DNA from: a virus
Lineage: Duplodnaviria; Caudoviricetes
Strand: one strand, 5' to 3'
DNA length: 63,968 bases
IMG/VR virus record: IMGVR_UViG_3300017707_001880
Location: 1 to 63,968 of that record
In this document: piece by piece, positions 8,094 through 16,772 of the stretch
Numbering within the stretch: position 1 is the stretch's first letter
How the letters are laid out: the number at the start of each line of letters is the position of its first letter
Position numbers and translations under genes: made by a program
Notes under the pieces: model-generated
What the model saw: the letters and a program-made list of their open reading frames with translations, nothing else
Database searches by the model: none
What the model was told of the DNA's origin: nothing

Positions 8094-8803
8094 CTATGCA
8101 CCTCCAGGATCGCGCGACCGATCATTTCCGGGATCGCTGGATAGACCGAATTGCCGAGCGCGCCGATTGCGTCCACCCGACCGGGTATCCCATGAACCAC
8201 TCGCACCACGTCGGGTTCAGTGGTCCGCCCAGGACATTGGGCAACTGATCGCCGGACGTGGGCGATCGTTTCCGCCGGCTCAACCCGTCCGGCTTGTTCG
8301 GGAATCGGTAATCCCGAGCGGCAAGGGTGGGCAACAACCCAGACGCGGTTTCGATGGTGGTGGGCTCCCGCGGCGGCAGCCGGTAAGCAATCCCACTCCG
8401 CGTCATACCCGCAGCCGGCCAACGCTCCGACCACATCGCCCATTCCCCGTCCAAGCATCTCTGCCACGTTCTCCAGGATGACGTGCTTGGGTCGAACCAT
8501 GCGAATGGCACGTATGGCGTGCCAGAACAGGCCCGAACGAGCGCCTGAAAGTCCGGTGGCATCGGGGTTTGCAATGCTGATGTCCTGACAGGGGTAGCCG
8601 GCCGTAATCACGTCCGCTTCCGGGAACACATCGACGGCCGTGATGTCTCCAAGCACGGGAACGCCGGGCCAATGCTTTGCCAGCACCTGCCGGCAGAACG
8701 GGTCTATCTCGCAGAACGCCACGGTCTCGAAACCGCCCGTCCGCTCCAGACCGAGGCTGAAGCCACCAACCCCGGAAAAAAGGTCCAGAACCTTGAGCTT
8801 CAC
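8090..8803 (-). CDS. dcm: DNA cytosine-5 methyltransferase (alpha polypeptide; lacks motif IX)
   Basis: Motifs I DLFSGVGG, IV GYPCQDIS, VI ENV, VIII HHRNRVWVV, X ALGNSV. Confidence 0.9.
   Translation of the reverse strand: MKLKVLDLFSGVGGFSLGLERTGGFETVAFCEIDPFCRQVLAKHWPGVPVLGDITAVDVFPEADVITAGYPCQDISIANPDATGLSGARSGLFWHAIRAIRMVRPKHVILENVAEMLGRGMGDVVGALAGCGYDAEWDCLPAAAAGAHHHRNRVWVVAHPCRSGLPIPEQAGRVEPAETIAHVRRSVAQCPGRTTEPDVVRVVHGIPGRVDAIGALGNSVYPAIPEMIGRAILEVHR
8122..8574 (-). CDS. Nested out-of-frame C5-MTase beta polypeptide carrying motif IX
   Basis: LLPTLAARDY...GGPLNPTWCEWFMGYPVGWT matches motif IX; start uncertain (TTG 8574 or ATG 8562). Confidence 0.75.
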   Translation of the reverse strand: MQTPMPPDFQALVRACSGTPYVPFAWFDPSTSSWRTWQRCLDGEWAMWSERWPAAGMTRSGIAYRLPPREPTTIETASGLLPTLAARDYRFPNKPDGLSRRKRSPTSGDQLPNVLGGPLNPTWCEWFMGYPVGWTQSARSAIRSIQRSRK

Positions 8804-9153
8804 CGAAAGTCCTCCGGCTTGAGCCCCGCCGCGGCGAGCGTGCTGTCGAACTCAGCCTCGGGCGCTTCGTCCTGCCACCGGCGCTGGTTCAGCCAGGTCG
8901 CCGGGTGCGGCCGGTATGTAGGATCGGCCGAGAACTTGAATCGCCGCAGGCCAGCCAGTAGCAGCGCCTCCGCGTTGTCGGGATCCTGGTGATCCGCCAC
9001 CTTCAGCGCCTTGGCGTAGGCAATGCGCGCGGCCTGAATGGCGACCTTGCGGGGATATTTCGCATACCACCGGAGGAAGCGCGCCTCGGCGCTGTTGCCC
9101 TGGTGCGCCACCACCCCGCGCTGACGGGGCAAAGCCAGTTCCTGGCCGCTCAT
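8800..9153 (-). CDS. Stand-alone replication-initiator C-terminal-like domain
   Basis: FLRWYAKYPRKVA...YRPHPATWLNQRRWQDE. Confidence 0.7.
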   Translation of the reverse strand: MSGQELALPRQRGVVAHQGNSAEARFLRWYAKYPRKVAIQAARIAYAKALKVADHQDPDNAEALLLAGLRRFKFSADPTYRPHPATWLNQRRWQDEAPEAEFDSTLAAAGLKPEDFR

Positions 9154-9422
9154 GTCGGTATCCCCCTGTCCCGAACCACCCGCAGCACGCTCGCGCTGTG
9201 CGGGTCGTAGATCACGTCGAAAGTGGTGCCGACGCCCTGGTAGACCGTCCACCGCTCCCCGTCCCGCACTGGCCCCACCAGCCGAACCTTGATGTCGCGT
9301 TCCAGGTGAATCCCGTCATCGGCCAGCGCGTCGAGGATGGCCTGACTGATGCGGGCAAGCGGCGCCACCGCGGCGGCTTCGGGGTTCGGGCCTTCATCGT
9401 CGTCATCATTACCCCTGGTCAT
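9150..9422 (-). CDS. Hypothetical protein
   Basis: Coupled ORF; start uncertain. Confidence 0.5.
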   Translation of the reverse strand: MTRGNDDDDEGPNPEAAAVAPLARISQAILDALADDGIHLERDIKVRLVGPVRDGERWTVYQGVGTTFDVIYDPHSASVLRVVRDRGIPT

Positions 9423-9876
9423 GGGGCGTGGCGGTCGTGACGCCATCGGCATTCTCCTGGATTGGCCTGATTTCTATGACAAGGCGCGCGGTGTCGGAGT
9501 ACCGCTTGCGGATGGACAAATCGGACACCTGCGCGTCGTCCACCCACACGACGTTGTTCAGCGCGTCCTTGAGCAGCTTGCAGATGTTGTCGGCATCGGG
9601 CTTCGACTTGTGCGGCTGGCCCCGCAGCGCAGCGGCGCGCTTGGCCTTGGACCAGCTTTTCGGCACATCGAAGAACGCGCCCACCCGCAGGTCGATCGCG
9701 CCCGTCAGCATGGTGCGACCGGCCATCGCCCGAGCGGCAAGCAGCCCGATCAGGGTTTGCTCGACGCGCTGTTTCTTGGGCGTAAAGCGGTGCCGCCCCC
9801 CAAACGGACTGTCAGCCGGGCGCGACCAGCCTTTCGGTGCGCCCGGCACGACAATGCGGATTACGTCGTCGCTCAC
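9409..9876 (-). CDS. rusA: RusA-family Holliday junction resolvase
   Basis: KPDADNICKLLKDALNNVVWVDDAQV. Confidence 0.92.
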   Translation of the reverse strand: MSDDVIRIVVPGAPKGWSRPADSPFGGRHRFTPKKQRVEQTLIGLLAARAMAGRTMLTGAIDLRVGAFFDVPKSWSKAKRAAALRGQPHKSKPDADNICKLLKDALNNVVWVDDAQVSDLSIRKRYSDTARLVIEIRPIQENADGVTTATPHDQG

Positions 9877-10208
9877 GGGGCCGGACTGGTGAAGAACGCG
9901 CGGCCGGACAACTGCACGCCGATGCCCTGAGAATCCCCGATCGGCACCAGTTCCGGTTGCCTGCGCCACCCGACGAACGCGTAGCCAGCGCCCCGGGCAC
10001 GCACATCAGCAAGCCACCGGTCGATCAGTTTCGCCGCACCCTCGAAGCGCCCCGGCTCATCGTCTGGGAGCAGGACGCCAACCGCGTAATCAACAACCAG
10101 ATCACAGGGCGGCAGTTTGCCCTCCAGCCCCGCCACCATCCCGGCTTCCGCCAGCGCCTGTCCGAGATGCGCTTGGCTGGCCAGGAACCAGCGATCGTCC
10201 TCCATCAC
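9873..10208 (-). CDS. Hypothetical protein
   Basis: Coupled ORF. Confidence 0.55.
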   Translation of the reverse strand: MMEDDRWFLASQAHLGQALAEAGMVAGLEGKLPPCDLVVDYAVGVLLPDDEPGRFEGAAKLIDRWLADVRARGAGYAFVGWRRQPELVPIGDSQGIGVQLSGRAFFTSPAP

Positions 10209-10978
10209 GCCACCTCGGGGGGAGGCTCGAACAACGGGGCGCCGGGCTCGGTGGGCTCAACGCGTTCCTCGGCCATGCCGCCGGCCCGCATCTTGTCGCC
10301 CAGCCCGTCCTCCAGGCCGTTGCGCCACTGCACGAACGACTCGCTGCCCGGGTCATGGGCAAAGGGGTTGTCCCCCAACTTCATGCCGCTGTTGCCCGCT
10401 TTGTAGCCGTCCGAATATGCCTGGGCCACCTTCAGCCGGACGCTGGCGCTCAGATCCTCGGGCGTTTTCGGCAGCGGCAGGTTGGGATCACGCGCGCCGC
10501 CAAACAGGCCGTTGAAGTTGGCCTGACCGTCCGGCTCGACCTCGATGATGTCCATGTCGATGGCGTAGGCTTGGGCGTTCTGGATGTAGGCCCGCGCCTC
10601 GGACTTCTCGACCATGGACAGCGAGTGCATCAGCTTCAGCATCTTGCGGTCGCCGCCCAACGCCTCGAACCGCGCGAGCAGGGATGCAATCTGCTGGCTG
10701 ACGCGGGCCGCTTCCGTCTTGAGGATCGTGTAGTCGGCCAGGGCTTCCTTCTTCTCCGCCGGCGACGGGCCATTGCCCTTGGGCTTTGCCGGCCTGCCGC
10801 GCCCGCGCTTGGGCTTGTCCTCGGTGGGTTCCGCGCCCTCGGCGGCTTCCGTCTGCGTCTCCTGTTCCTGCCCCTCGGGAACCTGATCGGCCTCCGGTAG
10901 CCGCTTGCGGGACCGGCCGGGGCGCAGTTCGACCACCTGCCCGTCCTCCCCGATGATGTTCTTTATCTGTCGTGCCAT
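10205..10978 (-). CDS. GapR-like nucleoid protein fused to an RMF-like C-terminal motif, with an AT-hook
   Basis: KRGRGRPAK; ARFEALGGDRKMLKLMHSL...YAIDMDI; AYSDGYKAG...NPF...WRNGLEDG. Confidence 0.5.
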   Translation of the reverse strand: MARQIKNIIGEDGQVVELRPGRSRKRLPEADQVPEGQEQETQTEAAEGAEPTEDKPKRGRGRPAKPKGNGPSPAEKKEALADYTILKTEAARVSQQIASLLARFEALGGDRKMLKLMHSLSMVEKSEARAYIQNAQAYAIDMDIIEVEPDGQANFNGLFGGARDPNLPLPKTPEDLSASVRLKVAQAYSDGYKAGNSGMKLGDNPFAHDPGSESFVQWRNGLEDGLGDKMRAGGMAEERVEPTEPGAPLFEPPPEVA

Positions 10979-11032
10979 CCGAATTTCATCCTTGATTGGT
11001 AGGGCGCGCACTTTCCCCCGGGCGCCCGCATC

Positions 11033-11055
11033 CGTCAATAAATTCGGCATTGACG
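11033..11055. promoter_or_regulatory. Back-to-back TTGACG -35 elements of divergent promoters
   Basis: CGTCAAT-N9-ATTGACG inverted repeat between divergent operons. Confidence 0.6.
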
Positions 11056-11056
11056 C

Positions 11057-11111
11057 GACAACAACTCGACGCCAACATGACGCCAACACGACATCAACAG
11101 GACGCCAACCC
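11057..11111 (+). repeat. Five tandem 11-bp repeats GACNNCAACNN
   Basis: GACAACAACTC GACGCCAACAT GACGCCAACAC GACATCAACAG GACGCCAACCC. Confidence 0.9.
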
Positions 11112-11504
11112 GTGGCCGACTTCCTCACCTCCATTGCTGACGAGCCGGGATTGCCGCAGCCTCGGCCGGGCTTCTATCTCATTGCCCTGGTGCCGGGCGG
11201 GTGGAAGGTGCCGGCGGAAATCACCGCGGTCCAATGCGGGTGGGGACTGATCGTCGACGGTGATACGCACCCGCTGGAATGGAACCGGGAGGACATCCTG
11301 CTGGCCTACGCGCAGGGGATGTTGACCGGAGAACTGTTCAACCACCCCATGTTGCGCGTCGTGCTGTTTGGGGAAGCAATCCCCGAGCATCAGTACCTGC
11401 ACCGGCTGGCGATGAAGGATTGGGCTCGCCGGCATGAGCCCGAACACCCGTGCCTGCACCCCGAGCACGCGATGCTACTCGGGAACACCCCGCCACCATT
11501 TTGA
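11112..11504 (+). CDS. Hypothetical protein
   Basis: GTG start after the repeats; PQPRPGFYLIALVPGGWKVPAEI. Confidence 0.65.
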   Translation: MADFLTSIADEPGLPQPRPGFYLIALVPGGWKVPAEITAVQCGWGLIVDGDTHPLEWNREDILLAYAQGMLTGELFNHPMLRVVLFGEAIPEHQYLHRLAMKDWARRHEPEHPCLHPEHAMLLGNTPPPF

Positions 11505-11518
11505 GGATCACGCATGCC

Positions 11519-11701
11519 ATGACCAAGCCGCTGTCACCGACGACATCGACCGTTGCGGTCGAGATCATCAAGGCCATCGAGCAGGCCCTGACCTATGCCT
11601 CTGAGCGCCGGGCCAACAAGCCCATGCGCTTCATCGAGAGGCTGCACGCCCACGGCTTCACCATCGTGCCCACGCCGACCGGACCGGAGACCAAGGCGTG
11701 A
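11519..11701 (+). CDS. Small hypothetical protein
   Basis: GAGG RBS. Confidence 0.55.
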   Translation: MTKPLSPTTSTVAVEIIKAIEQALTYASERRANKPMRFIERLHAHGFTIVPTPTGPETKA

Positions 11702-12351
11702 GCCAGCCACTGACGCCGGTAGACCTCACCCCAAGCCGTAAGCACCAGCTTGTCACCCCCAGGGGCGACGTCGAGATGTGGCTTTGGGCAGAGAACGGGG
11801 CGTGGCACGGGCCGACCAACATGCCGCCAGAACGCTGGCACTCCATGACCGCCATGCACGCTGCCATCAACGGCTATAAGCTGGCACAGGGGTTCACAGC
11901 CCCCAAGCCAGCCGAGCCCGACGAGTTGCTGCCCGAGGACGCGGGGAAGCGCGCGGTGTATTGGCTCTGGAAGGCGGGGCGCGTGACGCAGTGGATTTGG
12001 TCGGCTCAGGACCGGATTTGGGCGCGCTACGAAGAGACGCCAGCCACCGCCATGGCTCCCGGAGATGCCTGGAAACAAGGCTTCCGCATGTCTACCGCGC
12101 GCGAGCAGCCGGCCGAGGCCGATCCCGATATCGCCCCACCGCGCGCCCCCGTCTACCGCATGCGCGCCGAGGGGCTGACGCTGGAGGAATACATCAAGGT
12201 CCGCCGGGAGCGGGTGCGGACCATGCGGGCTGCCGCCGACGAACAAGCGCGACGGACTCGCGATCAGCTTGAGCGTGCCGACATGCTGGAGACCGAACTG
12301 GACTGCCTGGAATGCAGCATGATGCGCGTCAACCCGGAGAACCCGACATGA
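11698..12351 (+). CDS. Hypothetical protein
   Basis: GTGA overlap; 217 aa. Confidence 0.65.
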   Translation: MSQPLTPVDLTPSRKHQLVTPRGDVEMWLWAENGAWHGPTNMPPERWHSMTAMHAAINGYKLAQGFTAPKPAEPDELLPEDAGKRAVYWLWKAGRVTQWIWSAQDRIWARYEETPATAMAPGDAWKQGFRMSTAREQPAEADPDIAPPRAPVYRMRAEGLTLEEYIKVRRERVRTMRAAADEQARRTRDQLERADMLETELDCLECSMMRVNPENPT

Positions 12352-13115
12352 GCGACGCAGCCCCCATCGGCCACAACAACCCGCCGCCGCCGACCACCGC
12401 CGACGAGTGGAACATTTACCTGACCGAGCGGTTCGCGCCGCAGCAGAAGCGCAAGAACCGCCTGCTCGCCGCCTACGAACGGTTCCTGGTCGCGCACCCG
12501 CAGATCGAGGACGACGAGACGGCCAAGAAGGCGGCCGACTTCCGCGCCCAACTCCAGGACTTGGAGAAGATAGCCACCGCCATCCACACGCAGGAGAAGG
12601 CGCCCGTGCTCCTGGCATCCCGCGCGATCGACGGCTTCCTGCGGGACTTCAAACTACCGCTGTCCAATGCCGCTGACGTCATCCGGGACCGCAACACCGC
12701 CTACCTGCGGCGCAAGGAAGACGCCATCCGGCAGCAGCGCCAGAAGGAGGCCGAGGAAGCCCGGCAGCGGGCCGAGGCTGCGGCGGAACAGGCCATGGAG
12801 ACGATGGCGCCGGCGGAACTGCGGGCGGCCACCATCGAGAGCATCAACGCCGACGACGCGGCCAAGCGGGCGAACGCGAAGGCTTCCGACCTGGTGCGCG
12901 TGACCGGCGACTACGGCACGACCGTCACCCTCAAGACGACGTGGAAGTTCGATCCCGAGACGTCCGACCTGATGCAGCTTGTGAAGGCCGTGGCCGAGGG
13001 TAAGGCGCCGCTCTACTACCTGACCTTCGCCACCACCCGCATCAACGTCGCCGTGCGGACGGAGAAGGTGCGCCAGATCCCCGGCTGCGCCATCACCGAA
13101 CACAAAACCTCCTGA
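12348..13115 (+). CDS. Coiled-coil recombination-associated protein (Gam/Gp157-like)
   Basis: PIGHNNPP N-terminus, long helical region, C-terminal RQIPGCAITE; adjacent to exonuclease and RecT. Confidence 0.6.
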   Translation: MSDAAPIGHNNPPPPTTADEWNIYLTERFAPQQKRKNRLLAAYERFLVAHPQIEDDETAKKAADFRAQLQDLEKIATAIHTQEKAPVLLASRAIDGFLRDFKLPLSNAADVIRDRNTAYLRRKEDAIRQQRQKEAEEARQRAEAAAEQAMETMAPAELRAATIESINADDAAKRANAKASDLVRVTGDYGTTVTLKTTWKFDPETSDLMQLVKAVAEGKAPLYYLTFATTRINVAVRTEKVRQIPGCAITEHKTS

Positions 13116-13132
13116 CCCAAGGACCGACACGC

Positions 13133-13753
13133 ATGAAAATCCTGGCCTTCGACACCGAGACCACCGGCATCCCCGAGTGGAAACTGCCGAGCGACGACCC
13201 CAAGCAACCGCATCTCGTCTCCCTGGCGTTCGTCATGTACGACACCGAGGACGGCAGCACGCTGAACGAGCAGCATTGGATCGTGCGCCCGGACGGGTGG
13301 ACCATCCCCGAGGAAGTCACCGCCATCCACGGCATTACGACCGAATACGCCGAGGAACAGGGCGTGCCGCTTGAGGACATCCTGACGATCTTCGCTACCA
13401 TGTGCGGCGCGTCCGACCAGCGCGTGGCTTACGGCGCCCCGTTCGATAAGCGCATCCTCCGCATCGCCATGCTGCACGCCGAGTGGTCGCGAGCGGCGGC
13501 CGACAGTTTCTTCGAGATATACCCCGTCGACTGCATCATGAAGGCCGCCGGCCCCCTGTGCCAAATGACGCCGACCGACGCCATGATGGCCACGAACCGC
13601 CGCACCTTCAAATCACCCAAACTCGGGGAAGCCTACGAAACCCTCTGCGGCAAGACCATCGAAGGCGCACACTCCGCCCTGGTCGACACCCGCGCCGCCC
13701 TTGAAGTCTGGCTCGCCATCCAAGCCCGCACCACCAACCCGGAGACGTTCTGA
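13133..13753 (+). CDS. DEDDh 3'-5' exonuclease (DnaQ-like)
   Basis: AFDTETTG, IHGIT, FDKRIL, AHSALVDTRA. Confidence 0.92.
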   Translation: MKILAFDTETTGIPEWKLPSDDPKQPHLVSLAFVMYDTEDGSTLNEQHWIVRPDGWTIPEEVTAIHGITTEYAEEQGVPLEDILTIFATMCGASDQRVAYGAPFDKRILRIAMLHAEWSRAAADSFFEIYPVDCIMKAAGPLCQMTPTDAMMATNRRTFKSPKLGEAYETLCGKTIEGAHSALVDTRAALEVWLAIQARTTNPETF

Positions 13754-13756
13754 TCC

Positions 13757-15697
13757 ATGTCCGACCTGACCACGCGCCCCACCACCGCGCCCGCCACCAC
13801 CAAGTTCGTCCCGCTGTCCCAGATCACGAAGGTCAAGGACCTGTGGGAGAACGAGCAGTTCAAGTCGATCATTGCCCGCGCCCTGCCGCGGCACCTGACG
13901 CCCGACCGGATGGTCTCCACCTTCGGCATCGCGGTGCAGAAGACGCCCAAGCTGGCGCAGTGCTCCATCCCCTCCCTGATCGGCGCCTTCATGTCGTGCT
14001 CGGCCATGGGCCTGGAGCCCAACACCGCGCTCCAGCACGCTTATCTGATCCCCTTCGACGTGCGGAAATACGTGAACGGGAAATGGCAGACCGTGCGCAC
14101 CGACGTGCAACTGATCGTCGGCTATCGCGGCTACCTCCACCTCGCCTACCAGAACCCGGACGTGCAAAGCATCCACTGCGACGTGGTGTGGGACGGGGAC
14201 GAGTTCTCGTATGAGCACGGCACCAACGCGCACCTGCGGCACGTTCAGGGGCGGGACCCATCCAAGCGCGGGGAGGAACCCATCTTCGCCTACATGCACG
14301 CCAAGCTGAAGGGTGGAGGCGAGGTGTTCGAGGTGCTGACCCGGGCGGACGTGCATAGCTCCCGGGCGCGCAGCCAGGGCTACCAGACGGCCATCAAGGC
14401 GTTCGAGGAAGCCAAGCAGAAGGGCAGCGATCCCCGCAAGGACAAGCGGTACACCGAAGCGCCATGGATCCGGGACGCCGTGGCCATGTGGCGCAAGACC
14501 GCGATGCGCGCCGGCCAGAAATGGTTGCCGCAGTCGGTGGTCATGGCCGTGGCCGAAAGCCTGGACGACAGCCGCGCCCGCTTCGACCCTGCGACGGACT
14601 TCAAGAACGTCATGGACGGGCAGTGGGAACCGATACCGGAGGAAGCCGGCGACGACGAGGACGACGGGAACAACCCGCCCTCCGTATCCCCACCTGTGGT
14701 GACGCAAGAGCGGGCCCCCGTTGTGCAGCAGCCGGCCGAACCGCCCGCCAAGCCTGCCCGCGCACCACGCACCACCGCGGTCGACCGGGCCAACACGCCC
14801 CGCACGCAGCCCCCGGTTCAGGAGCCCGCGCGCCAGGCTGCGCCGCCGACCCCGCCACCCGAGGACGAACCGCCGGCCGACCGGTGGGGAGATGATGGCG
14901 GAAATTCCGAGCCCCCCCCGAGCCAAGACGAGGTGCCCCCGAGCCCCTTCAGCCACTACGTTTTCGACGCCCAGGGCGAGATGGCTTCCGACCTGTGGAG
15001 CGCCCCCATCGGCTTCGCGCGCCAGTTCGCGTTCATCGCCCAGCACGTCAGCGCCGAGGAATGGGCCGCATTCCTGGAGTTCAACAACGACGGCATCTAC
15101 GAGGCACGGGAGGCAAGCCGGGACGCGGCCGACATCATCGACGCCGTGCAGGCGCCCGAACCCGGCACTGACGCCACTTCCGAAGCGGTCGACAACGGCC
15201 CGGTCCTCATCCCGGTGCGCGAAGTGCGCGGGGCGCCCGACTACACCGGCTGGCTCAACGAGATCGCGCCCGTCATCAAGGCCCTGACCGCCCTCACCCT
15301 GCTAGAGTGGACCATGAACCACGCCCCCATGGTGCAGACGGCGCCGCCCACGCCGCGCATGCGGTTCGTGACCATGGTGAGCGAGCGCGCCGGCGCCATC
15401 GGCATTGGAGCGCCGCCCATCCTGGCCAGCCTGATGCCCTCCGCGCGCAAGCCGGTGGAAACGGCGTCCGCACCCGAGACTGAAGCCCCCACCCGCACGA
15501 AGGAGGAAGTCGCGGCCGATGCGCTCCTGGCCGACATCGCGCAGTTCCGGTCGTCGGGCGAGGCTCGGGAATGGCTGATGAACGCCGCCGTGAAGTCGCG
15601 CGGGCAGATGATCCGGGTGGCGCGTCCCGACCTGAACCAAAGCATCGAGCAAGCCTACAATGCCAAGGTGGCGGAGTTGCGGGGGGAGGGGGCGTGA
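13757..15697 (+). CDS. recT: RecT-family ssDNA annealing protein with long C-terminal extension
   Basis: ALPRHLTPDRM...GLEPNTALQHAYLIPF...VGYRGY...AMWRKTAMR. Confidence 0.9.
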   Translation: MSDLTTRPTTAPATTKFVPLSQITKVKDLWENEQFKSIIARALPRHLTPDRMVSTFGIAVQKTPKLAQCSIPSLIGAFMSCSAMGLEPNTALQHAYLIPFDVRKYVNGKWQTVRTDVQLIVGYRGYLHLAYQNPDVQSIHCDVVWDGDEFSYEHGTNAHLRHVQGRDPSKRGEEPIFAYMHAKLKGGGEVFEVLTRADVHSSRARSQGYQTAIKAFEEAKQKGSDPRKDKRYTEAPWIRDAVAMWRKTAMRAGQKWLPQSVVMAVAESLDDSRARFDPATDFKNVMDGQWEPIPEEAGDDEDDGNNPPSVSPPVVTQERAPVVQQPAEPPAKPARAPRTTAVDRANTPRTQPPVQEPARQAAPPTPPPEDEPPADRWGDDGGNSEPPPSQDEVPPSPFSHYVFDAQGEMASDLWSAPIGFARQFAFIAQHVSAEEWAAFLEFNNDGIYEAREASRDAADIIDAVQAPEPGTDATSEAVDNGPVLIPVREVRGAPDYTGWLNEIAPVIKALTALTLLEWTMNHAPMVQTAPPTPRMRFVTMVSERAGAIGIGAPPILASLMPSARKPVETASAPETEAPTRTKEEVAADALLADIAQFRSSGEAREWLMNAAVKSRGQMIRVARPDLNQSIEQAYNAKVAELRGEGA

Positions 15698-15870
15698 GCG
15701 AGAAAGAAACTTACGTCGAGATGCGCTTGAGGTTTGCGAGGGTCATGGAGCGTGGCCTGCGCAACCTGAAGGGCGATTACCCCGGGCTCGACAGCCTGGA
15801 GACAAAAGCGTGGCTTGCGAAGCAGGCGGAGGCTAACCAGCAAAAAAAAGAGAATGGGGAACCGCCATGA
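15694..15870 (+). CDS. Small hypothetical protein
   Basis: GTGA overlap. Confidence 0.5.
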   Translation: MSEKETYVEMRLRFARVMERGLRNLKGDYPGLDSLETKAWLAKQAEANQQKKENGEPP

Positions 15871-16217
15871 CCCCCACCGCCCTACGCGCCCTCGCGGCCC
15901 GCGTGCTGGCCGAGGAACCGAGCGACGAGTTGCGGGATGCGGTGCTGGATGCGATCGGGCACCACGTTCCGCCCGGCGCCTTCTACGATTTGTGGCGGCC
16001 CAACCCCCTCACCAGCCACGACGCCGCGTTCGATGCGATGCCGGCGGGGTGGCGGATCATAACGATCACACAGACCGACCACGGTTATATCGCAAAGATC
16101 GGTCGGGGGATTTTCTTTGCCCATAACTCCTATACCCCGGTGCCCGACCTCCCCCCGGCCCTGACAGCCGCCGGGCTGCTGGCGCGGGCGGTGGATGCGG
16201 AGGCGTCCAATGGCTGA
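15867..16217 (+). CDS. Hypothetical protein
   Basis: PNPLTSHDAAFDAMPAGW...PALTAAGLLARA. Confidence 0.65.
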   Translation: MTPTALRALAARVLAEEPSDELRDAVLDAIGHHVPPGAFYDLWRPNPLTSHDAAFDAMPAGWRIITITQTDHGYIAKIGRGIFFAHNSYTPVPDLPPALTAAGLLARAVDAEASNG

Positions 16218-16391
16218 TTGGTCATCGCCCCTCACATCATTGGACCGAGGATTGAGCGAGGCAAACATGAGTAACTGCATGGTCGCCGGTATCAGCGGGT
16301 GGTGCGGCATGTCGTGTCCCGTGCTGTGCGCCGGGAAGTGCGAGGAAGAAGAAATGATTGAGGCCAAACGAGCCGAACAGGGAGACGGGGC

Positions 16392-16772
16392 ATGAGCGCG
16401 ATCGGGAAATGCCCGTGGCCGGGATGCGGAGGAGAAGGAAAGGCGCCGGATATTCTTGGGTTCTTCAGTGTCCAGTGCCAAAAGTGCGGCGCTTCCGGCC
16501 CGATATCTCCCAGAGAAGATGGCGCCATCACCGCCTGGAACCGCCTTGCCACGCCGGACCCGGCCGAGGTGCGGGGGAGGATCAGGTGGGCACGGACCGC
16601 CCTTATGGTCGGGAAGCTGTATTGCGGGCACGTCCGGCAGCGTGGCCATGAATGGTGGGCATACCCGGAATGGGAAGACGGCAAGAAATCGCCGCACCCC
16701 ACCGAAGCCGCCGCCCGCGCAGCCCTTGTCGCCGCCGTGCGAGAGGCGATCCAGAGAGAAGAGACGACATGA
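16392..16772 (+). CDS. Lar-like restriction-alleviation Zn-ribbon protein
   Basis: CPWPGCGG...VQCQKCGASGP...AITAWNR. Confidence 0.7.
   Translation: MSAIGKCPWPGCGGEGKAPDILGFFSVQCQKCGASGPISPREDGAITAWNRLATPDPAEVRGRIRWARTALMVGKLYCGHVRQRGHEWWAYPEWEDGKKSPHPTEAAARAALVAAVREAIQREETT

Noticed and set aside
11057-11111. Mini CRISPR array
   Set aside because: Units are 11 bp with no spacers, and no cas genes are present
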